Below, piece by piece: positions 35,134 to 44,946 of a DNA stretch of 64,000 bases. The position numbers were made by a program, and so were the translations under genes. Within the stretch, counting starts at the first letter, position 1, and each line of letters begins with the position of its first letter. The DNA comes from a virus. The stretch spans positions 111,956 through 175,955 of the IMG/VR virus record IMGVR_UViG_3300045988_175607, one strand, 5' to 3'. Under the pieces are notes generated by a model that saw only the letters and a list, made by a program, of their open reading frames with translations, ran no database searches and had not been told where the DNA came from.

Positions 35134-35560
35134 AAATAATGAATATCCTTGGCCTAAGCCTTTTAAATTTATTATAGCCTTTTTAAAACTTAATAGGATT
35201 ATAGGGTTAAGGAGGATTATTAAAATGGCAGTGTCTCTTTATTAGCAAAATAATAAAATTTCATATGGCGTCAGCCGGTTTGTTTGTGATACAGAAGAAG
35301 ATTTAAAAAAGATTCGTGCGCCCAAACCCGGCAGCACCGCATATGTAATTGAAAAAAAAGAAGTTTATATAATGGGCAATAAAAATGTTTGGCATAGTAT
35401 GACTGGCAATGGTTCTTGTGATTGTAATTGTGTCAGTGAACTTACCATATGGGATGATATTAAAGCTTAATTGTTACAAAAGTTTGACATTTTTGTAATA
35501 ATTTGGTAATATATTTTATATAAAATAAAATTTTATTTTGAAAGGATTTTTAAGTTTAAT

Positions 35561-36418
35561 ATGAAGAAAATCTTTAGTGCAATTCTTTGCGTAATTATGA
35601 TTCTTGGTTGTACCTCCGTTGCCTTTGCTACTGGTTGGGGCAAGCTGGAGGAAAATGATACTACTTGTGAAAATTATAATATAAATCTTTATAAGCTTGA
35701 GCGAGTTGTTGGTGTAATGGGCGAGGCCTTTAAGGTTGTGCCTGATGCAACTGCCAAGGTTGGCGATGTAGTTTACTTTACTGGCTATGCTCTTGGTGAA
35801 AATGCTATTAATGCTATGATTCTTGCTTTTACTGAGGAAGATTATGTACTGACTGATCTTGCTAATATTAAGGCCGAAGGTTCTATCACTACTGATGACC
35901 TTGGTGGTGTTATGCTACCCGTGTTCTCAGCTCGTGTAACTGGTAACAATCCTAATGTTTCTGTTACTATTAAGTCTGGTAATGATGTTATGAAGTGCTT
36001 CTATAAGGGCCAGCCGGTTGTTGCTTCTAAGGATGCTCGTGAGGTTACTCTTGGTGAGTATAAATTTATTCGTGATGAGCTGAATGTTGTAACTGAGGTT
36101 TGGTATAATGGCGTTCAGATTACTCCTGTGATGAGCAAGGAAGAGTGGGATAAGTCCACCGCTGGTCTTGTTGAGCTTGGCATAACCATGGATGCAGTTA
36201 AGGCTCGTCAGATTTATATGAGCAATGAACATCTTGTAAGGAACTTTAGTAATTACAAGGAAATTACTAAGATTATAACTTGGGGCGCCAATACTGCCGT
36301 AGTGCCTGTAAATCCTGCACTGCCCCAGACTGGTGATATGTCCACTCTGAGCATTGCGCTCATGGCTATATTTGCTGCGATTGTAATTATTGGTGTTCGT
36401 AAGATTAACGTTCATTAA
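35561..36418 (+). CDS. secreted LPXTG-type cell-wall-anchored protein (sortase substrate)
   Basis: N-terminal signal peptide MKKIFSAILCVIMILGCTSVAFA; C-terminal LPQTG, hydrophobic stretch, then RKINVH positive tail. Confidence 0.7.
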   Translation: MKKIFSAILCVIMILGCTSVAFATGWGKLEENDTTCENYNINLYKLERVVGVMGEAFKVVPDATAKVGDVVYFTGYALGENAINAMILAFTEEDYVLTDLANIKAEGSITTDDLGGVMLPVFSARVTGNNPNVSVTIKSGNDVMKCFYKGQPVVASKDAREVTLGEYKFIRDELNVVTEVWYNGVQITPVMSKEEWDKSTAGLVELGITMDAVKARQIYMSNEHLVRNFSNYKEITKIITWGANTAVVPVNPALPQTGDMSTLSIALMAIFAAIVIIGVRKINVH

Positions 36419-36572
36419 TTTTATAAAATAAATAAAAAGCGATAAGATTTTTATCTTATCGCTTTTTTTGTGTTTATAAAGAAAAAATGGTATAATATTA
36501 ATATATAAAGGCCCAATTGCTTGAATTGGCTTTAAATAAAAGACTTATAGAATAGGAAGAAGTATTTTTACC

Positions 36573-37295
36573 ATGAGTAAAGTATTAAGCATAGATTTGG
36601 ATTGGATATTGGGAGATTGTATATCATTATATAATGATTTAGTAAGAGGAAATATCCCAATGTTAGAATTATGGGAAGAAATAGAAAAAGAGCGGCATTG
36701 CGAATCATTCTTGTCATATGACAAGGCGCATTTTGAGCAATTAAAAAAACTTGTTGTTAAATTAAAACCTAAACAAGTTTATTGGGGGAATGATCATAGT
36801 TCTATTATTTTAGCTATTAAGGATGCAATGGATAAAAAAATAATATCAGCGCCTTTTGTTTTATATAATATAGATCATCACCATGATATTAATTATTCAC
36901 CACAGCAGGAAGAGGCAGTTGATAAATATGATGTAGCTAATTGCGGGTCTTGGATTGCTTATTTAAACAAATATGAATTGATTGATGAATATTTTTGGAT
37001 TAAAAATAAATATTCAACAGATTATCATGGTCAAAAGCAATTTTCACCAAAACGACAAGAAATTGAATTAAAAAAACAAGACACTTTAAATTTTTTATTT
37101 AATGAAGATTTTGATATTATTTATATCACTTCTTCTGACTGTTATATTCCCCCTAAGTTCTATAATATATTAGATGATTTTAAAAAAATGGTTTTATATT
37201 ATTATCCAAATCTAATTGATTATGAAAATCAAACTTCTCATGGTACAATGGTTTATACTTCAAATTATTTTAATAATTGTAAAGGAGTAAAATAA
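36573..37295 (+). CDS. hypothetical protein (240 aa)
   Basis: ORF after a conserved promoter-like element at ~36480. Confidence 0.5.
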   Translation: MSKVLSIDLDWILGDCISLYNDLVRGNIPMLELWEEIEKERHCESFLSYDKAHFEQLKKLVVKLKPKQVYWGNDHSSIILAIKDAMDKKIISAPFVLYNIDHHHDINYSPQQEEAVDKYDVANCGSWIAYLNKYELIDEYFWIKNKYSTDYHGQKQFSPKRQEIELKKQDTLNFLFNEDFDIIYITSSDCYIPPKFYNILDDFKKMVLYYYPNLIDYENQTSHGTMVYTSNYFNNCKGVK

Positions 37296-37300
37296 ATATA

Positions 37301-37690
37301 ATGAATACTCTTAATGTTATTTTAAAAGACCCTGAAAGTGGCGAAATTTTAAAAACTTTTGATCTTGAAGGAGACAATTATTTTTTACGTGCCGACGTTT
37401 ATTCAACAGGCGTTGAAGGAGTAAATTTAAGTCATGTTATTTCAAAAGATGCTGATTTAAGCCAAGAACAAGGGCTGATTTTAAAAATATATGAATACTA
37501 TATGCATCAAATTAGACAAGGTAAGCCAGATATGATGATGGAAATTCAGCTTAATAATACGCTTACGCTTTATTCTTCAACTTATGTTAGAAAGATGATT
37601 TACTTTGTAACCACACCTGGCAATCCTGCTGATGCAGCTACAGCTTTACGTGTTGAGAATATTGACATTGATGGAGGAAGGATTAATTAA
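37301..37690 (+). CDS. hypothetical protein (129 aa)
   Basis: RBS aaaggagtaaaataaatata. Confidence 0.5.
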   Translation: MNTLNVILKDPESGEILKTFDLEGDNYFLRADVYSTGVEGVNLSHVISKDADLSQEQGLILKIYEYYMHQIRQGKPDMMMEIQLNNTLTLYSSTYVRKMIYFVTTPGNPADAATALRVENIDIDGGRIN

Positions 37691-37692
37691 TT

Positions 37693-38316
37693 ATGGCTGG
37701 ACGCTATACTTTAGCCCAAGCTTCTGATATAAATAGTGTTTTTTCTAGACTTGAACAGCTAAGACGAGCTCATTATGAAGGCGCAGGCCAGACAGCAGAA
37801 GGAAAAAATGCCTTAGCTTCTACTTTTTAGACTGCTCCTGTGGTTCAAACATCTACTATTGAAGAGCCATATACTTTAATGAAATCTTACTTGAACGCTT
37901 TACGAAAAAGCGTCTTTTTAACTACTGTGACAGAAGAGCAAATTAATGAAGTCACAGTTCCAGAAGCTGGAGCATTAATTGAGTTTGCAAATTTAAATGT
38001 TGCAGAAAATTTAGTAACAACTTTAGAAAGTAAACCCTCAAGCTATACAACAAATTTTAGTGGACACCATACAACAAATTTTAGTGGCCACAATTCCTCA
38101 GATTTTGGAACAGATTTTTCTTGTTTTATGCATAATGGTTCAGATTTTTCCCCTGAACCAACTTTTTCATCATCTTTTAGAGTATGTACAAAATGCTTTA
38201 AACCTTTCCAAGATTGTTTTAGTAGTCATAGAACTTCAGCATTTGGCAATTCATCTTCATTTGATATATCAGATGGAATACAACATTCTAGGGTGTCATT
38301 CGGTATAGGATTTTAA
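37693..38316 (+). CDS. precursor-like protein A2 (208 codons) with in-frame TAG at 37828-37830; Ser/Phe-rich repetitive C-terminus
   Basis: MAGRYTLAQASDINSVFSRLEQLRRAHYEGAG...STF-TAG-TAPVVQ...; C-terminus TTNFSGHHTTNFSGHNSSDFGTDFSCF...SDFSPEPTFSSSF; N-terminal region homologous to A1. Confidence 0.6.
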
Positions 38317-38320
38317 TAAA

Positions 38321-39667
38321 ATGGAACAAAAAAAAGTTTTAGGTATTATAAGTGCAGCAAAATGCAATTTAAATTGTAGTTATTGTTATTTACATAAGAA
38401 TCAATCTTATATTGAAGAAGATAAAAAAATTATTGCAGCAATGCAAGATGGTTCATTTTTAGCAAATATTAAGCGCAGTCTTTACGCTTTAAATGAATCT
38501 TATAATAATTTTTATCGATTAGAATTTTGGGGAGCAGAGACTTCATTACATTTTATTGATGGGTCAGATTTTTTTAAAGATTTAATATTAACTTTTCCAA
38601 AGTTAGAAGAAATAGCTTATTCCACTAACTTTCGGACGGGCAATGAGCAACACTTACATTTAATTGATTTGATAGAACAATATGCAGAGCAACGTGTTAT
38701 ACTTGAAATGCAAATCTCTGTAGATGGGCCAACAGCAATATTACAAAAAACTCGTCATTATAATTATGAAGATTTAGAGAAAGATGTAATTGACTTTATT
38801 GATATTCTTAATAAAAAGAAATTAAAGAAAACAAAAGTTGTAATTTCTTATAAATCAACCCTTCCTTGGAGCCTTTATCATGAGATATGTTCTTCTACTT
38901 CTGGATTAGTTGATTATTTAGATTTTTGGTCAAATACTGAAAATATGATGTGGGATAATGTAATTAATAAAAATGTTGCTTTCAGTACTGGTTCTTGTTT
39001 TGGGCCAGCTCTTGAATATCCTTATAGCTATACAATTCAAGATGGATTAGATTTTTCAGCTTTTGCGCAAAAAATTGATCGATTAAAATTAGACGAAAGA
39101 TATAATCGACCATCTAATATGCCTTTGCTAACAAGTGGTTTTGTAAAAGAACGTGAACTTCAAATTTATGAATTTTCTGGTTTTCAATGCGGTCAAATGA
39201 ATTCTAATCTTTTGTTTAGATATGATGGGACTCTTTCTCCTTGTTCAAATGGTTTTTTAGATCGATCAATAGACAATTTAAATTGGCTTAAAGAAAATGA
39301 TCCAGTAGAATACACTCATGTTTTAAATACTCGTAAATTAAGCACTACTGTCGATGAGAATGGTCAGGCTGATTTAGATGATTTAATAAAAAAAGTGCGG
39401 CATCGTAAAGAGTTTTGGAAATATCATGCTGATACTGTTGTAAGTATTACAAATTCTGAAATGTATGAATTAGCTATGGCACGACAAATTTCACCTATTT
39501 ATGCGAAAGATTCAGCTTTACGTTTTAAACATAGTCTTTTTATTGTAAAAAAGAATGCTTGTTATTTTAGTAATTTGCGAGAAACAGGCAGCCCCTATAC
39601 GCCTCCAGAAAGCTTAATAAAATTATATTGTAATGGATTGGGAGAATACCATGAATTCAGAAGATAA
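38321..39667 (+). CDS. radical SAM enzyme, cassette 2 first maturase-like gene (paralog of 31604-32866)
   Basis: AAKCNLNCSYCYLHK; shared AYSTNF, LLFRYDGTLSPC, NLNWLKENDP blocks. Confidence 0.75.
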   Translation: MEQKKVLGIISAAKCNLNCSYCYLHKNQSYIEEDKKIIAAMQDGSFLANIKRSLYALNESYNNFYRLEFWGAETSLHFIDGSDFFKDLILTFPKLEEIAYSTNFRTGNEQHLHLIDLIEQYAEQRVILEMQISVDGPTAILQKTRHYNYEDLEKDVIDFIDILNKKKLKKTKVVISYKSTLPWSLYHEICSSTSGLVDYLDFWSNTENMMWDNVINKNVAFSTGSCFGPALEYPYSYTIQDGLDFSAFAQKIDRLKLDERYNRPSNMPLLTSGFVKERELQIYEFSGFQCGQMNSNLLFRYDGTLSPCSNGFLDRSIDNLNWLKENDPVEYTHVLNTRKLSTTVDENGQADLDDLIKKVRHRKEFWKYHADTVVSITNSEMYELAMARQISPIYAKDSALRFKHSLFIVKKNACYFSNLRETGSPYTPPESLIKLYCNGLGEYHEFRR

Positions 39668-41114
39668 AATATTGACTTATTTAGATTCAAACCAACAGGA
39701 AAGAAATGCTTTATTAAATAGCTTTCTTGAAAGATATTTTTATCAAAATTTTCGTGAAGGGGAAAAGCCAGCCGCTTATCGTGCCGTTGAACTTTTTATT
39801 AAAGGCAATTGTCCAAATAATTGCGCTTACTGTTATTTAAAACGGCATGGTAAAGAATTATATCCAATTAATGAACAGTCTAATGAACAAATATTAAAGA
39901 ATATTAAAATCTTTTTAGATTTTTATAAAAAACAACATTTTAGAACAGAATTTTCTTTATTTTCATCAGATTTATTTAAAGATGGTTTTATTTATGATGT
40001 ATTAGATGTTTTTTATGAAGAATTTAAAGACAAATATAATCCTTATCGTCCCATTAGTATTATGATTCCAGACCATGGAAATTTTCTTTATTCTCAAGAA
40101 GAAACTGATAAATTACAGGGCTATATTGATAAATTCTTTGATATTAACTTACGCATTATAATAAGTTTATCAATAGATGGAAAATTTATGGATCAAAATC
40201 GCGGTGATGCTTCGCGCACTGATGAATTTTATCAACGAGCCATAGAATTTGCTTCTAAGAATTTTTATGCATTTCACCCGATGGTAAGCGCCATTAATAT
40301 TGATAAATGGATTGATAATTATGATTGGTGGCATAGTAATGAAGTTCCTGCTCATCTTGCTGATCGCTTAATGATGTTAGAAGTACGTGATGATAATTGG
40401 ACTCCAAAAGCGCTTAAAGATTATCTTAATTTTTTAAATCATGTTATTGATGAAGAATTTGCGCGTACAAATTATGATAAAGCTTTATTTGCAAAACGTG
40501 TTGTAGGTAGCGATAAATATCCTGGAAAAGGATATGATAATATTCTTCTTATACATACTCTTAATCCAGTAACAGAGTGCGATTTCGCAAGTACAGGATG
40601 TTCTGTCGCAAAAAATTTATGTGTAAGAGCTGGGGATTTAGCTATTGTACCTTGTCATAGAACTTCTTATGAACAATATGTGATAGGTAATTATGTAGTA
40701 GAAAATAACGAAATTGTTGATGTAAAATGTAAAAATTGGGAAATTGCTTCAGCGGTTTATTCTTGGAATCGCAATAGTTTTCCTCAATGTCCCGATTGCG
40801 CAATTCGATATTGGTGTGTTGGGCCTTGTTTTGGTTCAAATTTTGAGTCTACTGGAGACTTGTTCTGGACACCAATTTCAGTTTGTAATTTGTTTAAAGC
40901 AAAAACTCATTTTCAATTTATAAAATATGAAGAAATGGGCTTAATGCCGTATATTGAAAAAGAATTGGATGACGCAAACGCTTGGGACAAAATTAAAAAA
41001 CATATGGAAAAAATGAAAGGACAATTTGATAATTGTGGAGAATTGCTCATAGATAAAATCTCAGATACAATCAGACATCAAAAGAATGCAGGAGACGTTA
41101 AGTTATTCTCCTAA
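39633..41114 (+). CDS. radical SAM / SPASM enzyme, cassette 2 second maturase-like gene (paralog of 32847-34244)
   Basis: GNCPNNCAYCYLKR; AFHPMVSAINIDKWIDNYDWW; SPASM cluster CVRAGDLAIVPCHRT...CPDCAIRYWCVGPC. Confidence 0.75.
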   Translation: MDWENTMNSEDKILTYLDSNQQERNALLNSFLERYFYQNFREGEKPAAYRAVELFIKGNCPNNCAYCYLKRHGKELYPINEQSNEQILKNIKIFLDFYKKQHFRTEFSLFSSDLFKDGFIYDVLDVFYEEFKDKYNPYRPISIMIPDHGNFLYSQEETDKLQGYIDKFFDINLRIIISLSIDGKFMDQNRGDASRTDEFYQRAIEFASKNFYAFHPMVSAINIDKWIDNYDWWHSNEVPAHLADRLMMLEVRDDNWTPKALKDYLNFLNHVIDEEFARTNYDKALFAKRVVGSDKYPGKGYDNILLIHTLNPVTECDFASTGCSVAKNLCVRAGDLAIVPCHRTSYEQYVIGNYVVENNEIVDVKCKNWEIASAVYSWNRNSFPQCPDCAIRYWCVGPCFGSNFESTGDLFWTPISVCNLFKAKTHFQFIKYEEMGLMPYIEKELDDANAWDKIKKHMEKMKGQFDNCGELLIDKISDTIRHQKNAGDVKLFS

Positions 41115-41325
41115 TTTTGAAGAAAATATTGCAATGATTTATGCATTAAAAAAATATTGTTCTTCTGATAGCGAAATAGAAAAATTAATTGATTGTTATA
41201 TAAATATAGTATATAATAATTATATAGAAAAAAAGAAACTTGAAGCAACTCATTGCCCTTCCTTTTATTATATATCAGATTCTCAATATAATGAAGGAAT
41301 AATGAATAAACTATTGAAAATGTAA
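41086..41325 (+). CDS. small protein after cassette 2 (homolog of 34165-34410)
   Basis: LKKYCSSDSEIEKLIDCY versus TRKYCDDSFLSESIERLF. Confidence 0.4.
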   Translation: MQETLSYSPNFEENIAMIYALKKYCSSDSEIEKLIDCYINIVYNNYIEKKKLEATHCPSFYYISDSQYNEGIMNKLLKM

Positions 41326-41337
41326 GGATTAATAATT

Positions 41338-42243
41338 ATGATTAAAACACCTATTTGGAATATCGGTGGCGGAATAAGACATGGCCAAAATTTAATAAAT
41401 TATTTTATTGATCAAAAGCAGTTTTATGATACAACTCATAAGCTTTTTAATTATGTTTATGATTCTATTTTTGGATTAAAATGGAATGGTGGACGTGTTT
41501 GTATGCCTGAGCATACAAAAACTTTAAAAGATCTTTTTGCAGAAATTAGCACTTATAATGATTTAGGAGTTGGTTTTAATTGGAGTTTTACAAATCTTCT
41601 TTTAACTCCAGAGGATTTAAATGATGAATATTGTAATTTAGTTCTTGAAGCTACCAATAATTCTTTAAATGGTGTAATTTTAACAAGCGATATTTTGCGC
41701 GAACATGTGCGGAAAAATTATCCTAATATGCGCATTATTTATTCTGTATGTAATGGTTTAAAAACTATTGAACAGTATAAAAAAGCGTTGGATGAAAATG
41801 ATATTGTCGTGTTACATCCAGATTTTAATCATAATTATCCTTTTCTTACTGAACTTGCAAACGTAGGTGGCGCCAATAGAATAGAAGTAATGGTCAATGA
41901 TGTTTGTTCTTTTGGATGCCCCTTCAGAGAACAACATTATAAAAATCTTAGTATTTATAATAAAGTCCAATCTACATGTCCTATTATTCATGATAAAACT
42001 GAACTTGATTATGGTTCAGGTTTAGGATGTTTAGCGGTTCGTAATGGTTATAATAAAGATCATAGGAATAAGCTTTCTTTTACTGATTTAGATTATATGC
42101 TTGATTTGGGTTTTCAACATTTTAAACTTATTGGTCGAGAACATGAATGGCAATATTATTATGATGTTGATTTGCGGCCAAATCTTGAACAATATTGGGC
42201 AAGAAAGCTTGTCAAAGAATGCGGGCAACATTTACATATATGA
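41338..42243 (+). CDS. Cys-rich hypothetical protein (301 aa) downstream of cassette 2
   Basis: RBS aaggattaataatt; CSFGCPF...STCPIIHD...LGCLAV. Confidence 0.5.
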   Translation: MIKTPIWNIGGGIRHGQNLINYFIDQKQFYDTTHKLFNYVYDSIFGLKWNGGRVCMPEHTKTLKDLFAEISTYNDLGVGFNWSFTNLLLTPEDLNDEYCNLVLEATNNSLNGVILTSDILREHVRKNYPNMRIIYSVCNGLKTIEQYKKALDENDIVVLHPDFNHNYPFLTELANVGGANRIEVMVNDVCSFGCPFREQHYKNLSIYNKVQSTCPIIHDKTELDYGSGLGCLAVRNGYNKDHRNKLSFTDLDYMLDLGFQHFKLIGREHEWQYYYDVDLRPNLEQYWARKLVKECGQHLHI

Positions 42244-42446
42244 TGATTTTAAATTTTCATAATTGGGATTTTTCTTAGTCAAGAGAAATCCCAATTAAAA
42301 TTGAAGGATATACCTATATTCTTAATAGTGATTTAGAATCTGATTTTGATTTAATTAATAATAATACTTCTAAATTACTTTTTACAGAATTATTCCAAGA
42401 AATAAAAACAGTAGATTTAGCAATTTATCCTTATCTTTCAATAAAA

Positions 42447-42791
42447 TTGTTTGAAAATAGTGATTATATAGATTTGGGTAAAGTGCGCGAAAGCACTTGT
42501 CGTGTTATAGGATACATGGGCAGTACAAAAGATTATCATGAACAAGAGCGATTAAGTATTAAATTTGAATTTAAAAATCGTTTTATTATTGATAACGGCG
42601 GTTTAATTTATTGTGATACTCAAGAATGTCCTTTTTATGATAATGAATACTGTTTACGATATAAAACTGTATTGAAATTAAAAAATAATGAACCTATTGT
42701 ATGTAAACAATGTTTTATAAATATACAACCTTCAGTTTTTAATCAGTTGCAAAATGTAGCTTATCAAAATATGATAAAGAATAGGGAATAA
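42447..42791 (+). CDS. hypothetical protein (114 aa)
   Basis: ORF followed by terminator gggaataaaaaattccc plus T-run. Confidence 0.45.
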   Translation: MFENSDYIDLGKVRESTCRVIGYMGSTKDYHEQERLSIKFEFKNRFIIDNGGLIYCDTQECPFYDNEYCLRYKTVLKLKNNEPIVCKQCFINIQPSVFNQLQNVAYQNMIKNRE

Positions 42792-42903
42792 AAAATTCCC
42801 TTTTATTTTTTTACATTTTTATAGCGTTATTTTTCCTTTTTTATTTTTATTAAAAAATATCGTATAATATATATAAAATAAAGGAAGGAATAAGAAGGAA
42901 AAT

Positions 42904-43179
42904 ATGAGTAAAATAGTAACAAAATATTTTCAACAATGCGATATGTGCAATCAAGAATTTCAGCTTAAAGGAATAAAAGACGAATTGAGCAAGGCTATAT
43001 TACCCGGCCGATTTATCCCATGCGATGGTAGTGGACCAACATCAACGTTAATTACTGTAAATCTCTGTCCTACGTGCTTGCAAGAAATGTCTGAATACTT
43101 GCGGGATAAATATATATTGAATGATGTTGATTATGCAGGAATCCAAATTAGTAAAATGCCACCGAAAGAGGAAAATTAA
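42904..43179 (+). CDS. hypothetical protein (91 aa) with CxxC pairs
   Basis: RBS aaaggaaggaataagaaggaaaat; QCDMCNQ...CPTC. Confidence 0.5.
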   Translation: MSKIVTKYFQQCDMCNQEFQLKGIKDELSKAILPGRFIPCDGSGPTSTLITVNLCPTCLQEMSEYLRDKYILNDVDYAGIQISKMPPKEEN

Positions 43180-43231
43180 TGACTAAGTTTTGTAATTAAG
43201 GTAAAAAGAGAGAAAACATGGAGGCAACAAT

Positions 43232-43549
43232 ATGACCCAATACGCAGATGCAGACAAGCTACTTTCACTATTTTCATTTGATGATGATGATGAACTAAAA
43301 CATCTCAATGAACATGGCCGTGTTCCTATACCTTTAATAAAAGATAGTATAAAGACATATATCGTAAAAGACGTTGTCCCAATTAAACACGGTCATTGGG
43401 TTAATCCGCATTGGAAAAATAATAATTTTGCTTACGATTGTTCTAAATGTAAACAGGAAGCAATGCATGAAAAGTACCAGTGGGCTAAAGAAGGAATATA
43501 TCCCATTTGTCCTAATTGCGGAGCGAGGATGTATGAGGAAGATGCGTAA
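43232..43549 (+). CDS. zinc-ribbon protein (105 aa)
   Basis: RBS catggaggcaacaat; CSKCKQ...CPNCG. Confidence 0.5.
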   Translation: MTQYADADKLLSLFSFDDDDELKHLNEHGRVPIPLIKDSIKTYIVKDVVPIKHGHWVNPHWKNNNFAYDCSKCKQEAMHEKYQWAKEGIYPICPNCGARMYEEDA

Positions 43550-43694
43550 GAGTACAAAATGTGTAGATATACTTATGGGATTTGCGGCAAGTCGATTGGA
43601 ACTTCTTAACGAAAAGACAAAAGATTCGTAAAAGTCATTTTTAAACAATAAAATTAAGATTATTTTCTCTTTAAAATAGAAAGAAAAAACGTTT

Positions 43695-43740
43695 TTGATT
43701 TTTTTAAAAAAATATTATATAATATATATACAAAATAAAG
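43695..43740 (+). promoter_or_regulatory. conserved phage promoter motif upstream of the tRNA cluster
   Basis: TTGATTtttttaaaaaaatattaTATAATatatatacaaaataaag. Confidence 0.5.
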
Positions 43741-43770
43741 AAAGGAAAAAAATAAAAACTTTTTTCCAAT

Positions 43771-43852
43771 GGGGATGTAGCTCAGCTGGTCTAAGAGCGC
43801 TACTCTGATAAAGTAGAGGTTTTCGTTGGTTCGATCCCAACCATCCCTACCA
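43771..43852 (+). tRNA. tRNA-Ile(GAU) with an unusual 8-nt variable loop
   Basis: GGGGATGTAGCTCAGCTGGTCTAAGAGCGCTACTCTGATAAAGTAGAGGTTTTCGTTGGTTCGATCCCAACCATCCCTACCA. Confidence 0.6.
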
Positions 43853-43860
43853 CTTAATAT

Positions 43861-43934
43861 TGGGGAGTAGTTTAATGGTAGAACTTTCGGCTTTGACCCG
43901 AAGAGCGAAGGATCGTAACCTTCCTTCCCAGCCA
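43861..43934 (+). tRNA. tRNA-Gln(UUG)
   Basis: TGGGGAGTAGTTTAATGGTAGAACTTTCGGCTTTGACCCGAAGAGCGAAGGATCGTAACCTTCCTTCCCAGCCA; T-loop AUCGUAA is atypical. Confidence 0.6.
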
Positions 43935-44006
43935 GCTTCAAGGCGCTTGCAGCCAATATTTATATTCTTAATTTTTTCTATTGAATTTAATGCGTCTTGT
44001 ATTTTT

Positions 44007-44080
44007 GCCATTGTAACTCAGTTGGCCAGAGTTCCGCTCTTGTAAAGCGGGAGTCGTCAGTTCGAATCTGACCAATGGCT
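44007..44080 (+). tRNA. tRNA-Thr(UGU), CCA not encoded
   Basis: GCCATTGTAACTCAGTTGGCCAGAGTTCCGCTCTTGTAAAGCGGGAGTCGTCAGTTCGAATCTGACCAATGGCT. Confidence 0.65.
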
Positions 44081-44155
44081 CGACCGCATAAGCAAGCCTT
44101 CTCGTGGCGCGGTTGTTTTTAACTAATTGCTTATCCAAAAGAAAAGAAAAAATAA

Positions 44156-44542
44156 ATGAAAGGATTTGCGAGCAAAGCTCGCAAAAAGAAAATGAAGAAC
44201 TATCCTCTTTCTAAGTATCGTTTTTACCATGCAACGCGCGGAGGTCAGAAGCAGGTAATTGCTGTTTCTACTTATGCAGGAAAGACAGTGCGCGGTCGTG
44301 CGACTTGCGCTCCTGAAGATTCTTATGATGAACAGGCAGGTCGTGAGATTGCGGCAGCTCGTTGTAATCAGGAAATTGCGCGACGTCGTTATTTGAGAGC
44401 TTGTGCTCGTTATAATGAAGCGCAGCGGAAATATGAAGAAGCCATGGTATTTCTCAATCGTATGGGCGAATATCTTGATGATTCTCAGGCGGCATTTGTC
44501 GATGCTAAGATTTTGATGGATAATCTTCTTAACAAGTATTAA
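44156..44542 (+). CDS. Arg-rich hypothetical protein (128 aa) between tRNA genes
   Basis: GC-richer ORF; no motif recognized. Confidence 0.45.
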   Translation: MKGFASKARKKKMKNYPLSKYRFYHATRGGQKQVIAVSTYAGKTVRGRATCAPEDSYDEQAGREIAAARCNQEIARRRYLRACARYNEAQRKYEEAMVFLNRMGEYLDDSQAAFVDAKILMDNLLNKY

Positions 44543-44545
44543 AAA

Positions 44546-44590
44546 TTGATTTTTTAAAAAATTTATTATATAATATATATATAAAGTAAA
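44546..44590 (+). promoter_or_regulatory. conserved phage promoter motif
   Basis: TTGATTttttaaaaaatttattaTATAATatatatataaagtaaag. Confidence 0.5.
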
Positions 44591-44730
44591 GAAAAGATAA
44601 AAACAAATTGCGCAATGAGCGTTTGCGCGCATAAAGACGATCACAGCAAATTATGAAGCATTTAATTAGGGATTAAAAAAGCAAATATCGTCTTGTCGTT
44701 TAAATGTGCGGTTGCACATTTAAACTTCGT

Positions 44731-44807
44731 GCTCCGGTATTCCAACGGCAGAGAAAGTTGACTTAAAATCAACCAAGTGTGGGTTCGAATCCCACCCGGA
44801 GTACCAG
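44731..44807 (+). tRNA. type-I (short variable arm) tRNA with UAA anticodon (Leu-type anticodon, non-canonical architecture)
   Basis: GCTCCGGTATTCCAACGGCAGAGAAAGTTGACTTAAAATCAACCAAGTGTGGGTTCGAATCCCACCCGGAGTACCA; anticodon stem GTTGA/TCAAC, loop CUUAAAA, 5-nt variable region. Confidence 0.5.
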
Positions 44808-44946
44808 GCCTTTCGGCCAACAGAGACAGTATAAATTAAACATTAAGGCTTAACATTTTATGTTAAGTCTTTTTTTTTAATATTTGATTTTTAATAAAAA
44901 ATATTTTATAATATATATAGTAAATAGAAGCGAAACTTCTACTTAA

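Noticed and set aside
44731-44807. The UAA-anticodon tRNA as an ochre (UAA-stop) suppressor
   Set aside because: A 5'-UAA-3' anticodon pairs with the codon UUA (Leu), not UAA; an ochre suppressor would need anticodon UUA. Only the CUA tRNA at 48080 is a stop suppressor.
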